This document shows positions 18,064 to 27,124 of a stretch of DNA of 42,284 nucleotides, in pieces. Below the pieces are notes generated by a model that was given only the letters and a program-made list of their open reading frames with translations, did no database searches and was not told the origin of the DNA. Position 1 is the first letter of the stretch. Each line of letters starts with the position of its first letter. Position numbers and translations under genes: made by a program. The DNA is from Gemmatimonadota bacterium. Its GTDB lineage: Bacteria; Gemmatimonadota; Gemmatimonadetes; Palauibacterales; Palauibacteraceae. The stretch lies in NCBI GenBank assembly GCA_039588275.1, contig JBDHAC010000044.1, positions 5,912 through 48,195 of the forward strand, in the 5' to 3' direction.

Positions 18064-18160
18064 CCGCCGCTCCTGTGCCGCCGGCGCCAGGGCCGGAGGT
18101 GGCGAATGAGTATAGCGGGCGACCGCTGGCAGAGCGGAGCCCTGCCGGCGGGTGCCGGCC

Positions 18161-18976
18161 TTATTTGATGGTTTGGAGGAGCCGATCCCAGCGGATCTCG
18201 GTGAGCCACGGCATCGGGGCCGGGTGCCGTCGATCGTATGAATAGTAGACGATCATCGGCCGGCCCTTGATCGCGTCCTGCGGCACGAATCCCCAGTAGC
18301 GCGAGTCCTCCGAGTTGGCGCGGTTGTCCCCCATCACGAAGAAGCTGTCCGCCGGAATGTAGATCGGCCCCCAATTGTCCCGTGTCGGCTGATACGCACG
18401 GCCCCGGCGAGACACCAGGTAGGCCTGCTGCCAGGAGAACGCCGCGGAGCGTACGTCGCTGGCGCGTCTCCCGTTCTTCACGTACGGCTCGTCGATCGGA
18501 GCCCCGTTCACGTAGAGGCGGCCACCTCTCATCTCCAGCGTGTCACCCGGGGCTCCCACGATCCTCTTCACGTAGTTCGTCCGCGGTGCCTGTCCCGCTC
18601 GCGGCGGCGGCTCGAACACGACGACATCACCCCGAGACGGGGCATCGAACGCCGGCAGATGCAGTTCGGTGCCCGGAATCTCGGCTCCGTAAACCATCTT
18701 GTTTACGAGTAGGAAATCGCCGACGAGCAGCGTGTTCTCCATCGAAGCGGTCGGGATTTGAAACGCTTCGACCATGAACGTGCGCACGAAGAAGAAGAGG
18801 ATCAGGGCGATGAATATCGACTTGGTCCACTCCCACATCCACCGACCCACGGACTGCGATCGTCGGCGTCCCGAAGCGCGTCGGTTCACCCTCGCGCCGC
18901 CTTCCCCGACGGACTCCCGGTCGGCCGCGCCTTCGGTGGGCACGTGTTTGTCGTCAGGCACGTGTTGGTCGAGCAT
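18161..18976 (-). CDS. lepB: Signal peptidase I
   Basis: EAFQIPTASMENTL (Ser), YVKRIVG (Lys), FVMGDNRANSEDSRYWG. Confidence 0.96.
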   Translation of the reverse strand: MLDQHVPDDKHVPTEGAADRESVGEGGARVNRRASGRRRSQSVGRWMWEWTKSIFIALILFFFVRTFMVEAFQIPTASMENTLLVGDFLLVNKMVYGAEIPGTELHLPAFDAPSRGDVVVFEPPPRAGQAPRTNYVKRIVGAPGDTLEMRGGRLYVNGAPIDEPYVKNGRRASDVRSAAFSWQQAYLVSRRGRAYQPTRDNWGPIYIPADSFFVMGDNRANSEDSRYWGFVPQDAIKGRPMIVYYSYDRRHPAPMPWLTEIRWDRLLQTIK

Positions 18977-19060
18977 ACCGCTTGTACGATTGGGACTGTC
19001 GGTTGTTCGGCTCGTGCGTTCGACGAGCCCGAGAGCCGAAACGTTCGACTCCTCTACCCA

Positions 19061-19086
19061 GAACGAAAAAAGACCGTTCCGGTTTC
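19061..19086 (-). promoter_or_regulatory. Putative ECF-sigma promoter upstream of lepB
   Basis: Minus strand GAAAC-N16-CGTTC. Confidence 0.45.
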
Positions 19087-19190
19087 GATTCGGCCCCGCC
19101 GTCCATCCACCGCGGGGTCACGTTGGCTACGAGGGGTCATCGCGGCCTCATCGGACCTCGACGTCGGCCGATCCGAGGGCCCGCGCCGTC

Positions 19191-19814
19191 CTACTGCTGT
19201 CGGACCAGCACGATCTCCTCGTCCCGCACGAGGATCGCTTCCACATCGTCCGGGATTTCCAGGATCGCCGTCTGGCCGTCTGACTGGATTCCGACGCCTT
19301 CCAGTACCATTCCGATGAACGGAGCAGGTACGGGAACGACACCGGCCTGCAGGCTCAGCACCTCGATCCGTCCTTCACCCGGCGCAACGACAGTCGGGTA
19401 CAGCTCGGTCTGGACTGTGGCCGAGTCCCCCATCATCCGTCTCAGCATCTCCACCGCGTCGGGGGCAACTTCGAGTCTCGTGAAGTCGAGCGCGGCGCTC
19501 ATGGCGACGGTCGAGTCCAGGAGATCCACCGCCGGATTCGTGACGCCGGCCGGGAGCTGCTGCGCTAGCCGGTATTGCACGTAGCTCTGGAGCTCCATCT
19601 CGCTGAGGCGCACATCACCGCGCGCGGTTCCGCCCGCGATCGCTTCGAGCTTTTCCTCGGCGCTGATGGCGAGCTCCGGGCTCGGCTCCGACATCACGAT
19701 CTCGTCACCCTGGGTCAACCAGGCCTGGATGTCTTCTCGGAAGAACCACCCCACCAGAGCGAGGACCACGACGAACGTCAAACAGCCTATCCACGCGAAG
19801 AAACTTCTGATCAT
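19191..19814 (-). CDS. Hypothetical membrane-anchored protein
   Basis: N-terminal TM (WIGCLTFVVVLALVGWFF) followed by a soluble beta-rich domain; codon usage typical of real genes. Confidence 0.75.
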   Translation of the reverse strand: MIRSFFAWIGCLTFVVVLALVGWFFREDIQAWLTQGDEIVMSEPSPELAISAEEKLEAIAGGTARGDVRLSEMELQSYVQYRLAQQLPAGVTNPAVDLLDSTVAMSAALDFTRLEVAPDAVEMLRRMMGDSATVQTELYPTVVAPGEGRIEVLSLQAGVVPVPAPFIGMVLEGVGIQSDGQTAILEIPDDVEAILVRDEEIVLVRQQ

Positions 19815-19949
19815 CTGTCAACCACCGTTCGGTGCCACCTGGGAACGCCTCGTCAGGACCGGAGCCGTTCGCCTTCGATGGCGAATGAGGATGCAAGCTA
19901 TCACGATCCCGGCGGCGAGACAGGTTCCGGCCGGTCGCGGAGGAGCGCG

Positions 19950-20546
19950 TCAGCGACCTTCCCCTTCGAGCGGGTACTCACCGGCAACCGTATGCTCCGC
20001 GCCGGTCGGGCTCAAGCGGCTCTTCATCAGATAGAGGTGGCGCACTTCGAGCTCGGAGCTGAAGTCCACGGCGGCTGCAACCCTGGCCACCTCCGCCGTC
20101 TCTACTGGAGCCGTGGCCCCCCGGCGCGCCCCACGTCTGGTTCGGCCAAGCGTCACGTGCGGCCTGAACCGCCGGTCCTCCGGCTCGAAGCCGCAGTCCT
20201 TCAGGGCCGCCTCCACCGCGGCGTGCAGCGCCGACAACTCCGGGCCGGACTCGGCCCCCATCCACAGGACACGGGGCCGGCGAAGCGACGGGAACGCGCC
20301 TACACCTCCCAGCGACAGCGTGAATGGCCGACTGCCGGCGGCCGCCTCCCGGAGACGCTGAGCGAGCGTTCCGATGGATCGGGTGGGCACGTTGCCGATA
20401 AAGCGAAGCGTGATGTGCAGCTGCCCCGCGGGCGTCCAACGAACCGAGTCACTGGCCTCACGCAGGGGGGCGCACGCGTCCCACAACGCGGTACGTACCG
20501 CCTCGGGAAACCGAATCGCGATGAAGAGGCGTGCGTGGTCACTCAT
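19950..20546 (-). CDS. thpR: RNA 2',3'-cyclic phosphodiesterase (2H family)
   Basis: RLFIAI, two HxT motifs (LHITLRF, PHVTLGR), GAFP...PRVLW. Confidence 0.92.
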   Translation of the reverse strand: MSDHARLFIAIRFPEAVRTALWDACAPLREASDSVRWTPAGQLHITLRFIGNVPTRSIGTLAQRLREAAAGSRPFTLSLGGVGAFPSLRRPRVLWMGAESGPELSALHAAVEAALKDCGFEPEDRRFRPHVTLGRTRRGARRGATAPVETAEVARVAAAVDFSSELEVRHLYLMKSRLSPTGAEHTVAGEYPLEGEGR

Positions 20547-20701
20547 GTCGGGCGGGCCGGCTGTGCTGAAGCCGCCCGCGGTCCCCAGATCCACCTCGCC
20601 TGCGGATTCGGACTCGCCGCGGACACTCCCGGACGGTACGCTTCCGGGCGCGCGCGCGGTCGCGGAGCGCGGGCCGGCACCGACCTGGCGAGCGAGCGGA
20701 C

Positions 20702-21343
20702 GTGATCGTTCTGATCGACAACTACGACTCCTTCGTGTTCAACCTGGCTCGCTACCTCGAGGAACTGGGCGAGACGGTCGAAGTAGTGCGGAACGATGAG
20801 ACGACCGTCCCCGAGCTGGAGCGAGGCGCGTCTACGGCGATCGTCATCTCGCCGGGGCCATGCACACCGGCAGAGGCGGGCGTCTCGGTCGAGCTGATCC
20901 GGTCGGCCGGAGCCCGGGTCCCGATTCTCGGCGTCTGCCTGGGCCACCAGTGCATCGCTGAAGCGTACGGGGGCAAAGTGACGAGGGCTCGCCAGCCTAT
21001 GCACGGGCGTCTGTCGCTGGTGGAGCATTCCGGCTCGGGTCTGTTTGCCGGGTTGAAGAGCCCGCTCCGGGTGACGCGCTATCACTCTCTCATCGTGGAT
21101 CCGGAGGAGCCCGGCCAGGGCCTGGAGATAACCGCGGTAACCGAAGTCGGGGAGATCATGGCCTTCCAGCACGCCGAGCACCGTGTCTGGGGGGTGCAGT
21201 TTCACCCCGAGGCCCTCCTTACGGATGGGGGGCACCGATTGTTGGCCAACTTCCTCGCGCTCGCTCGCGGAGACGACCCCCTCGGCTCCGGCGGGCAACC
21301 TCCGGTGTTCTTCTCGGAGCTCGACCCGCGGACGCAGGCGTAG
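20702..21343 (+). CDS. pabA: Aminodeoxychorismate/anthranilate synthase component II (glutamine amidotransferase)
   Basis: IDNYDSF, ISPGPCTP, GVCLGHQ, RYHSL, QFHPE. pabA versus trpG cannot be resolved here. Confidence 0.88.
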   Translation: MIVLIDNYDSFVFNLARYLEELGETVEVVRNDETTVPELERGASTAIVISPGPCTPAEAGVSVELIRSAGARVPILGVCLGHQCIAEAYGGKVTRARQPMHGRLSLVEHSGSGLFAGLKSPLRVTRYHSLIVDPEEPGQGLEITAVTEVGEIMAFQHAEHRVWGVQFHPEALLTDGGHRLLANFLALARGDDPLGSGGQPPVFFSELDPRTQA

Positions 21344-21409
21344 AGCAGGCGCTCCCGGCCCGCCACCGCGGAAGAGGCCGACGTCGAGCGACGGAGCATC
21401 ACGGATACC

Positions 21410-22642
21410 TCACCAGGAACCGGGGCCGTTCGAGGCGACCGTCATGATACGGGAGCCGCGCTCCAGCGTGCGGTGAACCCGGCACCTGCCCGCGATCTCG
21501 AACAACCGCTCCAGCTGTGCTTCATCGAGAGGTCCCTCGAGGTCGACACGCTGCCGGATCTCGTCCACGACCCCGCCCCCCGAGCCGGATGCACTCGGGT
21601 CCGCGGGCACCTTTTGGTGGCGCAACGCCACCTGAATCCCCCCCAGCGGCCACTCCTTTCGGTCCGCGTACATGCGCAACGTGATCGATGTGCACGCCCC
21701 GAGCGCGGCCAACAGCAGACGGTAGGGACCGGGTCCGGTGTCGGTGCCACCCGCCGAGACGGGCTCATCGGCCACGAGCGCGTGGCCGCCGGCCAGGATC
21801 TCGGTTCGATATCCATGCGCGCCGGTGCGTACGATGACCCCCTTCTCTCGACCGGCCGCTTCCGCTTCCACGTCCGCGTCAGACTCGATGTATTTGGCAG
21901 CCCAAGCCGCCAGCACCGCACCCACGTAGAGCGAGTCCCGGGAGTCACGCAGCAGATGGTCGGCCCTGTCGAGCGAGATGAAGCTCTTGGGGTGCCGGGC
22001 CGACTTGTAGATCCGCTCCGCGTTCTCGATGCCCACGATCGTGTCCACCGGGGAATGGAAGATGAGGAGCGCTCGCCCCAACCCGGCGATTGCCACCTCC
22101 ATCCGGGCGGCCTCGAGGTCGTCCAGAAATTGCTTGCGAATCCTGAATCTGCGCCCCGCGATCTCGACCTCCGCTTCGCCGCGCGCCTCGATCTCTTCGC
22201 GGGACGAGGCGATCAGATGCGCGACGTGACCGGGGTCCGCCGGCGCGCCGATCGTCGCGACGGCCCGGACGCCGGACATCTCGCTAGCGGCACGCAGTAC
22301 GGCCGCACCGCCGAGCGAATGTCCGATCAGGACGCTCGGAGCCTCGTACGCCTCGCCCAGGTATCGTGCCGCGGCGACCAGATCGGCCACGTTGGATGAG
22401 AAGTTCGTATCGGCGAACTCGCCTTCGCTCTCCCCCAAACCCGTGAAGTCGAACCGCAGCACGGCGATTCGAGCCTGGTTGAGAGCGCGGGCGATGTTGA
22501 CGACCGCGTTCAGGTTCTTCGAGCACGTGAAACAGTGCGCGAACAGCGCGTAAGCGAGCGGCGCGCCGTCGACGGGCATATCGAGACGAGCGGCTAGACG
22601 CTCGCCCGAGCTCCCCTCGAAATCGAGACGGATCGACCCCAC
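21410..22642 (-). CDS. Alpha/beta hydrolase-OsmC fusion protein
   Basis: FAHCFTCSK, RFDFTGLG, GHSLGG, HPKSFISLD.ADHLL; C-terminal ADEP...GACTSITL...CRVHRTL. Confidence 0.92.
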   Translation of the reverse strand: MGSIRLDFEGSSGERLAARLDMPVDGAPLAYALFAHCFTCSKNLNAVVNIARALNQARIAVLRFDFTGLGESEGEFADTNFSSNVADLVAAARYLGEAYEAPSVLIGHSLGGAAVLRAASEMSGVRAVATIGAPADPGHVAHLIASSREEIEARGEAEVEIAGRRFRIRKQFLDDLEAARMEVAIAGLGRALLIFHSPVDTIVGIENAERIYKSARHPKSFISLDRADHLLRDSRDSLYVGAVLAAWAAKYIESDADVEAEAAGREKGVIVRTGAHGYRTEILAGGHALVADEPVSAGGTDTGPGPYRLLLAALGACTSITLRMYADRKEWPLGGIQVALRHQKVPADPSASGSGGGVVDEIRQRVDLEGPLDEAQLERLFEIAGRCRVHRTLERGSRIMTVASNGPGSW

Positions 22643-22799
22643 GTTGACCTCCGGTCCCGGGTCTGTCAGCGGTCGGGCTCGAGCCCGAACTGCATCAGAT
22701 GTAGCGTCGGGCCCACCGCGGGTCGAGCCGCGTAGCGGAGCGGGCTCCTAGCCCTCGGCGCTGGGCCGGGCAGGTCGCGAAGAACACCCGGTCGCTCTG

Positions 22800-24338
22800 C
22801 TAGCGCTGGTCCCGATCCAGGGCGCGATAGCGGAGCGCTTCCGCCACGTGGTCCGGGAGGATACCGTCGCTCCCGGCGAGGTCGGCGATCGTCCGCGCGA
22901 CGCGCAGTGCGCGAAAGTAGCCGCGCGCGCTGAGCCCCAGTCTTTCCGTGGCCGAACGAAGCAGCGCGGTTCCCTCTCGACCCGGCACACAGTGCGTCTC
23001 GATCTCGCCGGGACCCAGATCGGCGTTGCAGCGGACCGTCGATTCCGGCCCGCCGCAGCGCTTCGCCGCACGGGCTCGAGCTTTGAGGACGCGTTGTCTC
23101 ACCGCGCCGCTCGCTTCGCCTCGCCGGCCCTCGGCCAGGTCTCTCCAGGCCACCGCGGATACGTCGAGGTGGAGATCGATCCGATCCAGAAGCGGACCGC
23201 TGATCCGCTGTGTGTACCGGGACACGCTCGCGGGTGGACAGGCGCAGCGATCGTCCGGGGCGCCGCGATGCCCGCAGGGGCAGGGGTTCATGGCTGCGAC
23301 GAGCGTGAACCGCGCCGGGAACGTGGCGCGAGCGCTCGCCCGCGCAACGTGAACGACCCCCTCCTCGAGTGGCTGCCGGAGCGCCTCCAGGGCCGCACGC
23401 CCGAACTCCGGCAACTCGTCCAGGAACAGCACGCCCCTATGAGCCAGCGAGATCTCGCCGGGTCTCGGCAGGGCCCCACCGCCGATCAAACCGACGTTGC
23501 TGATGGTGTGGTGCGGCGCTCGGAACGGACGACGCTCCAGCAGACCCGCACCGTCCGGGAGCCGTCCGGCGACGCTGTGAATCGCGGTCACCTCGACGGC
23601 CTCTTCGAGACTCATGGGAGGTAGGAGGCCGGACAGACACCGCGCGAGCGTCGTCTTCCCGGCTCCGGGCACCCCCTTGAGGAGCAGGTTGTGTCCCCCC
23701 GCGGCCGCCACCTCCAGCGCGCGCTTGGCGGCCTCCTGACCGGCGACAGAACGTAGATCCCGATCGGGCTCGATCGCCGCCCGCGAAGAGTGCGGTGGGA
23801 GGTCCGTCGCGTGGGGCAGGCCGTCGCCCCCGCGCATGAAGTCGATAACCTCGCCGAGTGACGAAGCGCCCCGAACGTCGATTGCCGCCGCGGGGCGGGT
23901 CTCCCGCAGGTTGGCGAGCGGCAGGATCAGACCCCGCACGTCGCCGTGCCGCGCCGCGTGGAGCGCGATCGGTAACGCGCCGCGGATCGAGCGCAGACAG
24001 CCATCCAGCCCGAGCTCCCCGACCAGTGCGTACCGGCGGACGCGCTCGGCCGGGAGATCACCGGCCGCGGCCAGAATTCCGATCATCATCGGCAGATCGA
24101 AGGCGGCGCCGTGCTTCGGGAGCCCGGCCGGGGCCAAGTTCACGGTGATGCGCAGCCCCGGGACGTGCAGCCCCAACTGACACGCGGCAGCCCGAATGCG
24201 CTCACGTCCCTCGCGTACGGCGCTTTGGGCCAGCCCGACGATTTGTATGAGCGGTGTTCCGCGTGTGATCGACACCTCGACGCGAACACGCTGGACATCC
24301 AAACCCATCACAGCGGCCGATGCGACCGTCTCGACCAT
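22800..24338 (-). CDS. comM: YifB/ComM family Mg-chelatase-like AAA ATPase
   Basis: ITVNLAPA, FDLP, GGHNLL...GAGKT, RPFRAPHHT, GEISLAHRGVLFLDELPEF, AAMNPCPCG, ISGPLLDRID. Confidence 0.93.
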   Translation of the reverse strand: MVETVASAAVMGLDVQRVRVEVSITRGTPLIQIVGLAQSAVREGRERIRAAACQLGLHVPGLRITVNLAPAGLPKHGAAFDLPMMIGILAAAGDLPAERVRRYALVGELGLDGCLRSIRGALPIALHAARHGDVRGLILPLANLRETRPAAAIDVRGASSLGEVIDFMRGGDGLPHATDLPPHSSRAAIEPDRDLRSVAGQEAAKRALEVAAAGGHNLLLKGVPGAGKTTLARCLSGLLPPMSLEEAVEVTAIHSVAGRLPDGAGLLERRPFRAPHHTISNVGLIGGGALPRPGEISLAHRGVLFLDELPEFGRAALEALRQPLEEGVVHVARASARATFPARFTLVAAMNPCPCGHRGAPDDRCACPPASVSRYTQRISGPLLDRIDLHLDVSAVAWRDLAEGRRGEASGAVRQRVLKARARAAKRCGGPESTVRCNADLGPGEIETHCVPGREGTALLRSATERLGLSARGYFRALRVARTIADLAGSDGILPDHVAEALRYRALDRDQR

Positions 24339-24558
24339 CCACCTCTCCCGCCTGGCTGCGCTCCGACCGATGCCCGCCGAGACGCGGGCATCCGACCCGC
24401 CGCCCTGTCACGCACCTACACAACAGCGCCTCTGTCATCGACGACTCAACTCGATGCAGGCTTGCGGGGGTGGAGACCGGCGGCGAGTCTCGCTGGCGGG
24501 CGAGTGAGGCAGGTCTCGCGGGCCGCAAGGAACCCCGATCGGGTCGCCGCGCATCGAG

Positions 24559-25308
24559 GTGGAATCGACGGTGGATCGTCACGCGTGTACCAGGTTGGCC
24601 GAGCTACCATGGGCCGAGGCGGCCGCGTGGCTTCGGCGCGACCCACGCATGATCCTCCCGGTTGGATCCTGCGTCCAACACGGCCCCCACCTTCCCGTGG
24701 GGACCGACGGGATCATCACGACAGCGATCTCGGAGGGGATCGCCGCGCGCCACACGGTGCTGCTCGGCCCCACGCTGTCGTTCGGTACGGTAAGCAGCCG
24801 TGACAAGGCCTACGCCGGAACGGCCGGATTGAGCACGAAGACGCTCCACCGGGTTCTGAACGAGTTGATCGCCGATTGGGAGCAGCACGGGGTTCGGGAA
24901 TTCACTCTCCTCACGTCGCACGGTTACGGCTCTCATTATGGAGCCCTGGTCAGCGCCATCTCGGCCCGCGCGCGCATACGCGCCGTGGACATCAACGTCG
25001 TCGACCTCTCACCCGTCCTCGGGCCGGGGATGTCCCCGGAGCGGGCCGGCGAAGTCGAGACTTCGCTCATGCTCTACCTGGAACCGTCCCTCGTACGTCA
25101 CGAGCTGGCCTGTGACGAAGTCGTGGATGCGAGAGTCTTGGATCGGCTTCTGAACGGATCCGAGCCGGTGCCACTTCGGGGATCTGCCGGGGTAGTAGGC
25201 AGACCGACCGCCGGGGCGGCCGAGAAAGGAAGGCGGATCTATGACTACCTGGTCGCGTACATCGGCGACCGCTTGTTCGCCGAGGACGCCGTCGAATCAG
25301 CGGGCTGA
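24559..25308 (+). CDS. Creatininase-family protein with substituted active-site residues
   Basis: LAELPW, LPVGS.QHGPHLPVGTD, AGEVETSLML, GVVGRP..EKG. Confidence 0.85.
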   Translation: MESTVDRHACTRLAELPWAEAAAWLRRDPRMILPVGSCVQHGPHLPVGTDGIITTAISEGIAARHTVLLGPTLSFGTVSSRDKAYAGTAGLSTKTLHRVLNELIADWEQHGVREFTLLTSHGYGSHYGALVSAISARARIRAVDINVVDLSPVLGPGMSPERAGEVETSLMLYLEPSLVRHELACDEVVDARVLDRLLNGSEPVPLRGSAGVVGRPTAGAAEKGRRIYDYLVAYIGDRLFAEDAVESAG

Positions 25309-25318
25309 GCGACCGATC

Positions 25319-26029
25319 CTGCACATCCGGCTCCGCGATGCGAGCCTGCCGTTGGCTGTGGTTGGTGCGGCGGTCGCCGGCGGATTGGCAGCGGCTCCTG
25401 GCAATCTGCCGGCCCAGCAACTGGATACCGGGCGGCTCGCAATCGAGGTCGATGGGCGGCGAGTCGGGACCGAGAGCTTTCGGGTCTGGCGCGAGCAGAC
25501 CACCGTGGACGCGTTCGCGCTCGTCACGCGCGAGAACGGCGGCGGCCAGCAATCGCTGGATGTCCGCTTCCGCTCCGACGCCGACCTGCGTCCGATCCAG
25601 TACAGGCTGCGCGGCGAGCCCCGGGCGCTGAGCGTCGACGGCGAGTGGACCGGAAGCCGGCTACGTCTGCACGTGAACTCCGACCAGGGTGAGCGCTGGA
25701 AAGAGTTTGCCACGCCGGGTGGTGCAGCGGTGCTCGAAGACGGCGTAGCGCATCATTACCTGCTTCTGGCGCACCGGCTGCGCGATGCGCAGACCGGCCG
25801 CCGCCTGGCGGTCATCATTCCGTCACGGAGCTCCAGGGTCGAGGGCGTCCTGAGAGCCAGACAGTCGGACCGGATCAGGATCGGAGCCGAGGATGTGGCG
25901 GCTACCCGGTTCGATATCGAGGTCGACGGCCAGGTGCGCAGCGTGTGGATTGACGCCGAGGGCCGTCTGCTCAGGGTCGTGGACCCCGGCCGCCGACTCG
26001 TGGCGACGCGCCTTCCAGACGAGGGCTGA
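25319..26029 (+). CDS. Hypothetical exported beta-rich protein (start uncertain; the ORF opens at 25241)
   Basis: Signal-peptide-like hydrophobic stretch ending ...LPAQQ; C-terminal VWIDAEGRLLRV typical of periplasmic beta-sheet proteins. Confidence 0.7.
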   Translation: MHIRLRDASLPLAVVGAAVAGGLAAAPGNLPAQQLDTGRLAIEVDGRRVGTESFRVWREQTTVDAFALVTRENGGGQQSLDVRFRSDADLRPIQYRLRGEPRALSVDGEWTGSRLRLHVNSDQGERWKEFATPGGAAVLEDGVAHHYLLLAHRLRDAQTGRRLAVIIPSRSSRVEGVLRARQSDRIRIGAEDVAATRFDIEVDGQVRSVWIDAEGRLLRVVDPGRRLVATRLPDEG

Positions 26030-26126
26030 TCCGACCCGGCAAGCTATCCTTCCCGAGCGCATCCTTTTGCGCCAACTTGGGTGGTTCAGTTCCGCCACCC
26101 GGTCACGCAACAGCGAGGCGAGAACC

Positions 26127-26837
26127 ATGACCGACGCACCGTCGTCCGACCCCACGACCGAAGCAGGGAGCGCCGAAGCCGCCTCGCTCCCCAATCTACC
26201 GGCCCGAATCGTACAGGTATTCGTCTCGCCGGCCGCGCTGTTCGACAGCCTCAAGGAGGTGCCCGCCTGGATCGGGATGATGCTCGTGCTCGTGCTCGTG
26301 AGCGTCGTCTCGAGCTTCCTGGTTCCCGAGGAGGTGATGCGGGAATTGGTCCAGGCGAACATGCCGGCGGGCGCGGAGCAGGCGCAGGTCGATCAAGCCG
26401 TCTCCATCGCGAGAGTGTGGGGACGCACTCTCGCCCTGGTGGGGACGCCGCTCACGATCGCGATCATCGCCGGCATCCTGATCCTCGTCTACAACGTCAT
26501 CCTCGGTGGCGAGGGGACGTTCAAGCAGCTATTCAGCGCGACCACGCACGCGTTCGCGATCTACACGGTCGGAGGCTTGTTGGTGCTCGCCCTGATCCTG
26601 GCGCGAGGCGAGATGACGACGCTGTCGCTCCACCTCCTCATCCCCGGTCTCGAGGAGGGCTTTTTGTTCCGCCTGCTCCGGGGTATAAACGTCTTCAGCT
26701 TGTGGACCGCGGCGGTACTCGGCATCGCGGTAAGTCGGATCTACCCAAAGCGATCGGCGGGGTCTGCGACCGTCCTGCTCGTCGCGCTCTACGTCCTGCT
26801 GGCGGCGATCCTCGCCGCCCTGGGCGGGGGCCGCTAG
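26127..26837 (+). CDS. Yip1-family integral membrane protein (YknW-like)
   Basis: VFVSPAALF, about 5 TM helices, G..GTFKQLFS, NVFSLW...LGIAVS; sits upstream of the exporter genes. Confidence 0.85.
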   Translation: MTDAPSSDPTTEAGSAEAASLPNLPARIVQVFVSPAALFDSLKEVPAWIGMMLVLVLVSVVSSFLVPEEVMRELVQANMPAGAEQAQVDQAVSIARVWGRTLALVGTPLTIAIIAGILILVYNVILGGEGTFKQLFSATTHAFAIYTVGGLLVLALILARGEMTTLSLHLLIPGLEEGFLFRLLRGINVFSLWTAAVLGIAVSRIYPKRSAGSATVLLVALYVLLAAILAALGGGR

Positions 26838-27036
26838 GCGGCTCACACGAAGAGTCCGGCAGCCCGCCGCAGCGAGGGCACTTGCCGCCACTGCCGGGTA
26901 TGTAGCACTGCGCGCGACCGGGTCGTATGCGACGAGGGGACTCCAACCGTCGCGACCGGGGTTCAAACGGTCGCGCCCGTGGCCGTGCTCTCGACCGGAA
27001 GCACGGTCGGCGGCGGCTTTCTCCGGCCCGCTCCGG

Positions 27037-27065
27037 TGAAACCGCCCAACGTCTTCGATCGTAAC
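27037..27065 (+). promoter_or_regulatory. Putative ECF (SigW-like) promoter of the exporter operon
   Basis: TGAAAC-N17-CGTAAC ending about 60 nt upstream of the adaptor ATG. Confidence 0.5.
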
Positions 27066-27124
27066 GAAAAGCGGGTCGGATTCGGGGTGGATCCGGCCAC
27101 TTCTCACAGGGTTCGTGTGGACTG

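Noticed and set aside
19037..19047. Near-palindrome CGAAACGTTCG as a LexA-type box
   Set aside because: Spacing does not fit GAAC-N4-GTTC, and no similar site was noticed before recR or the HIRAN-like gene.
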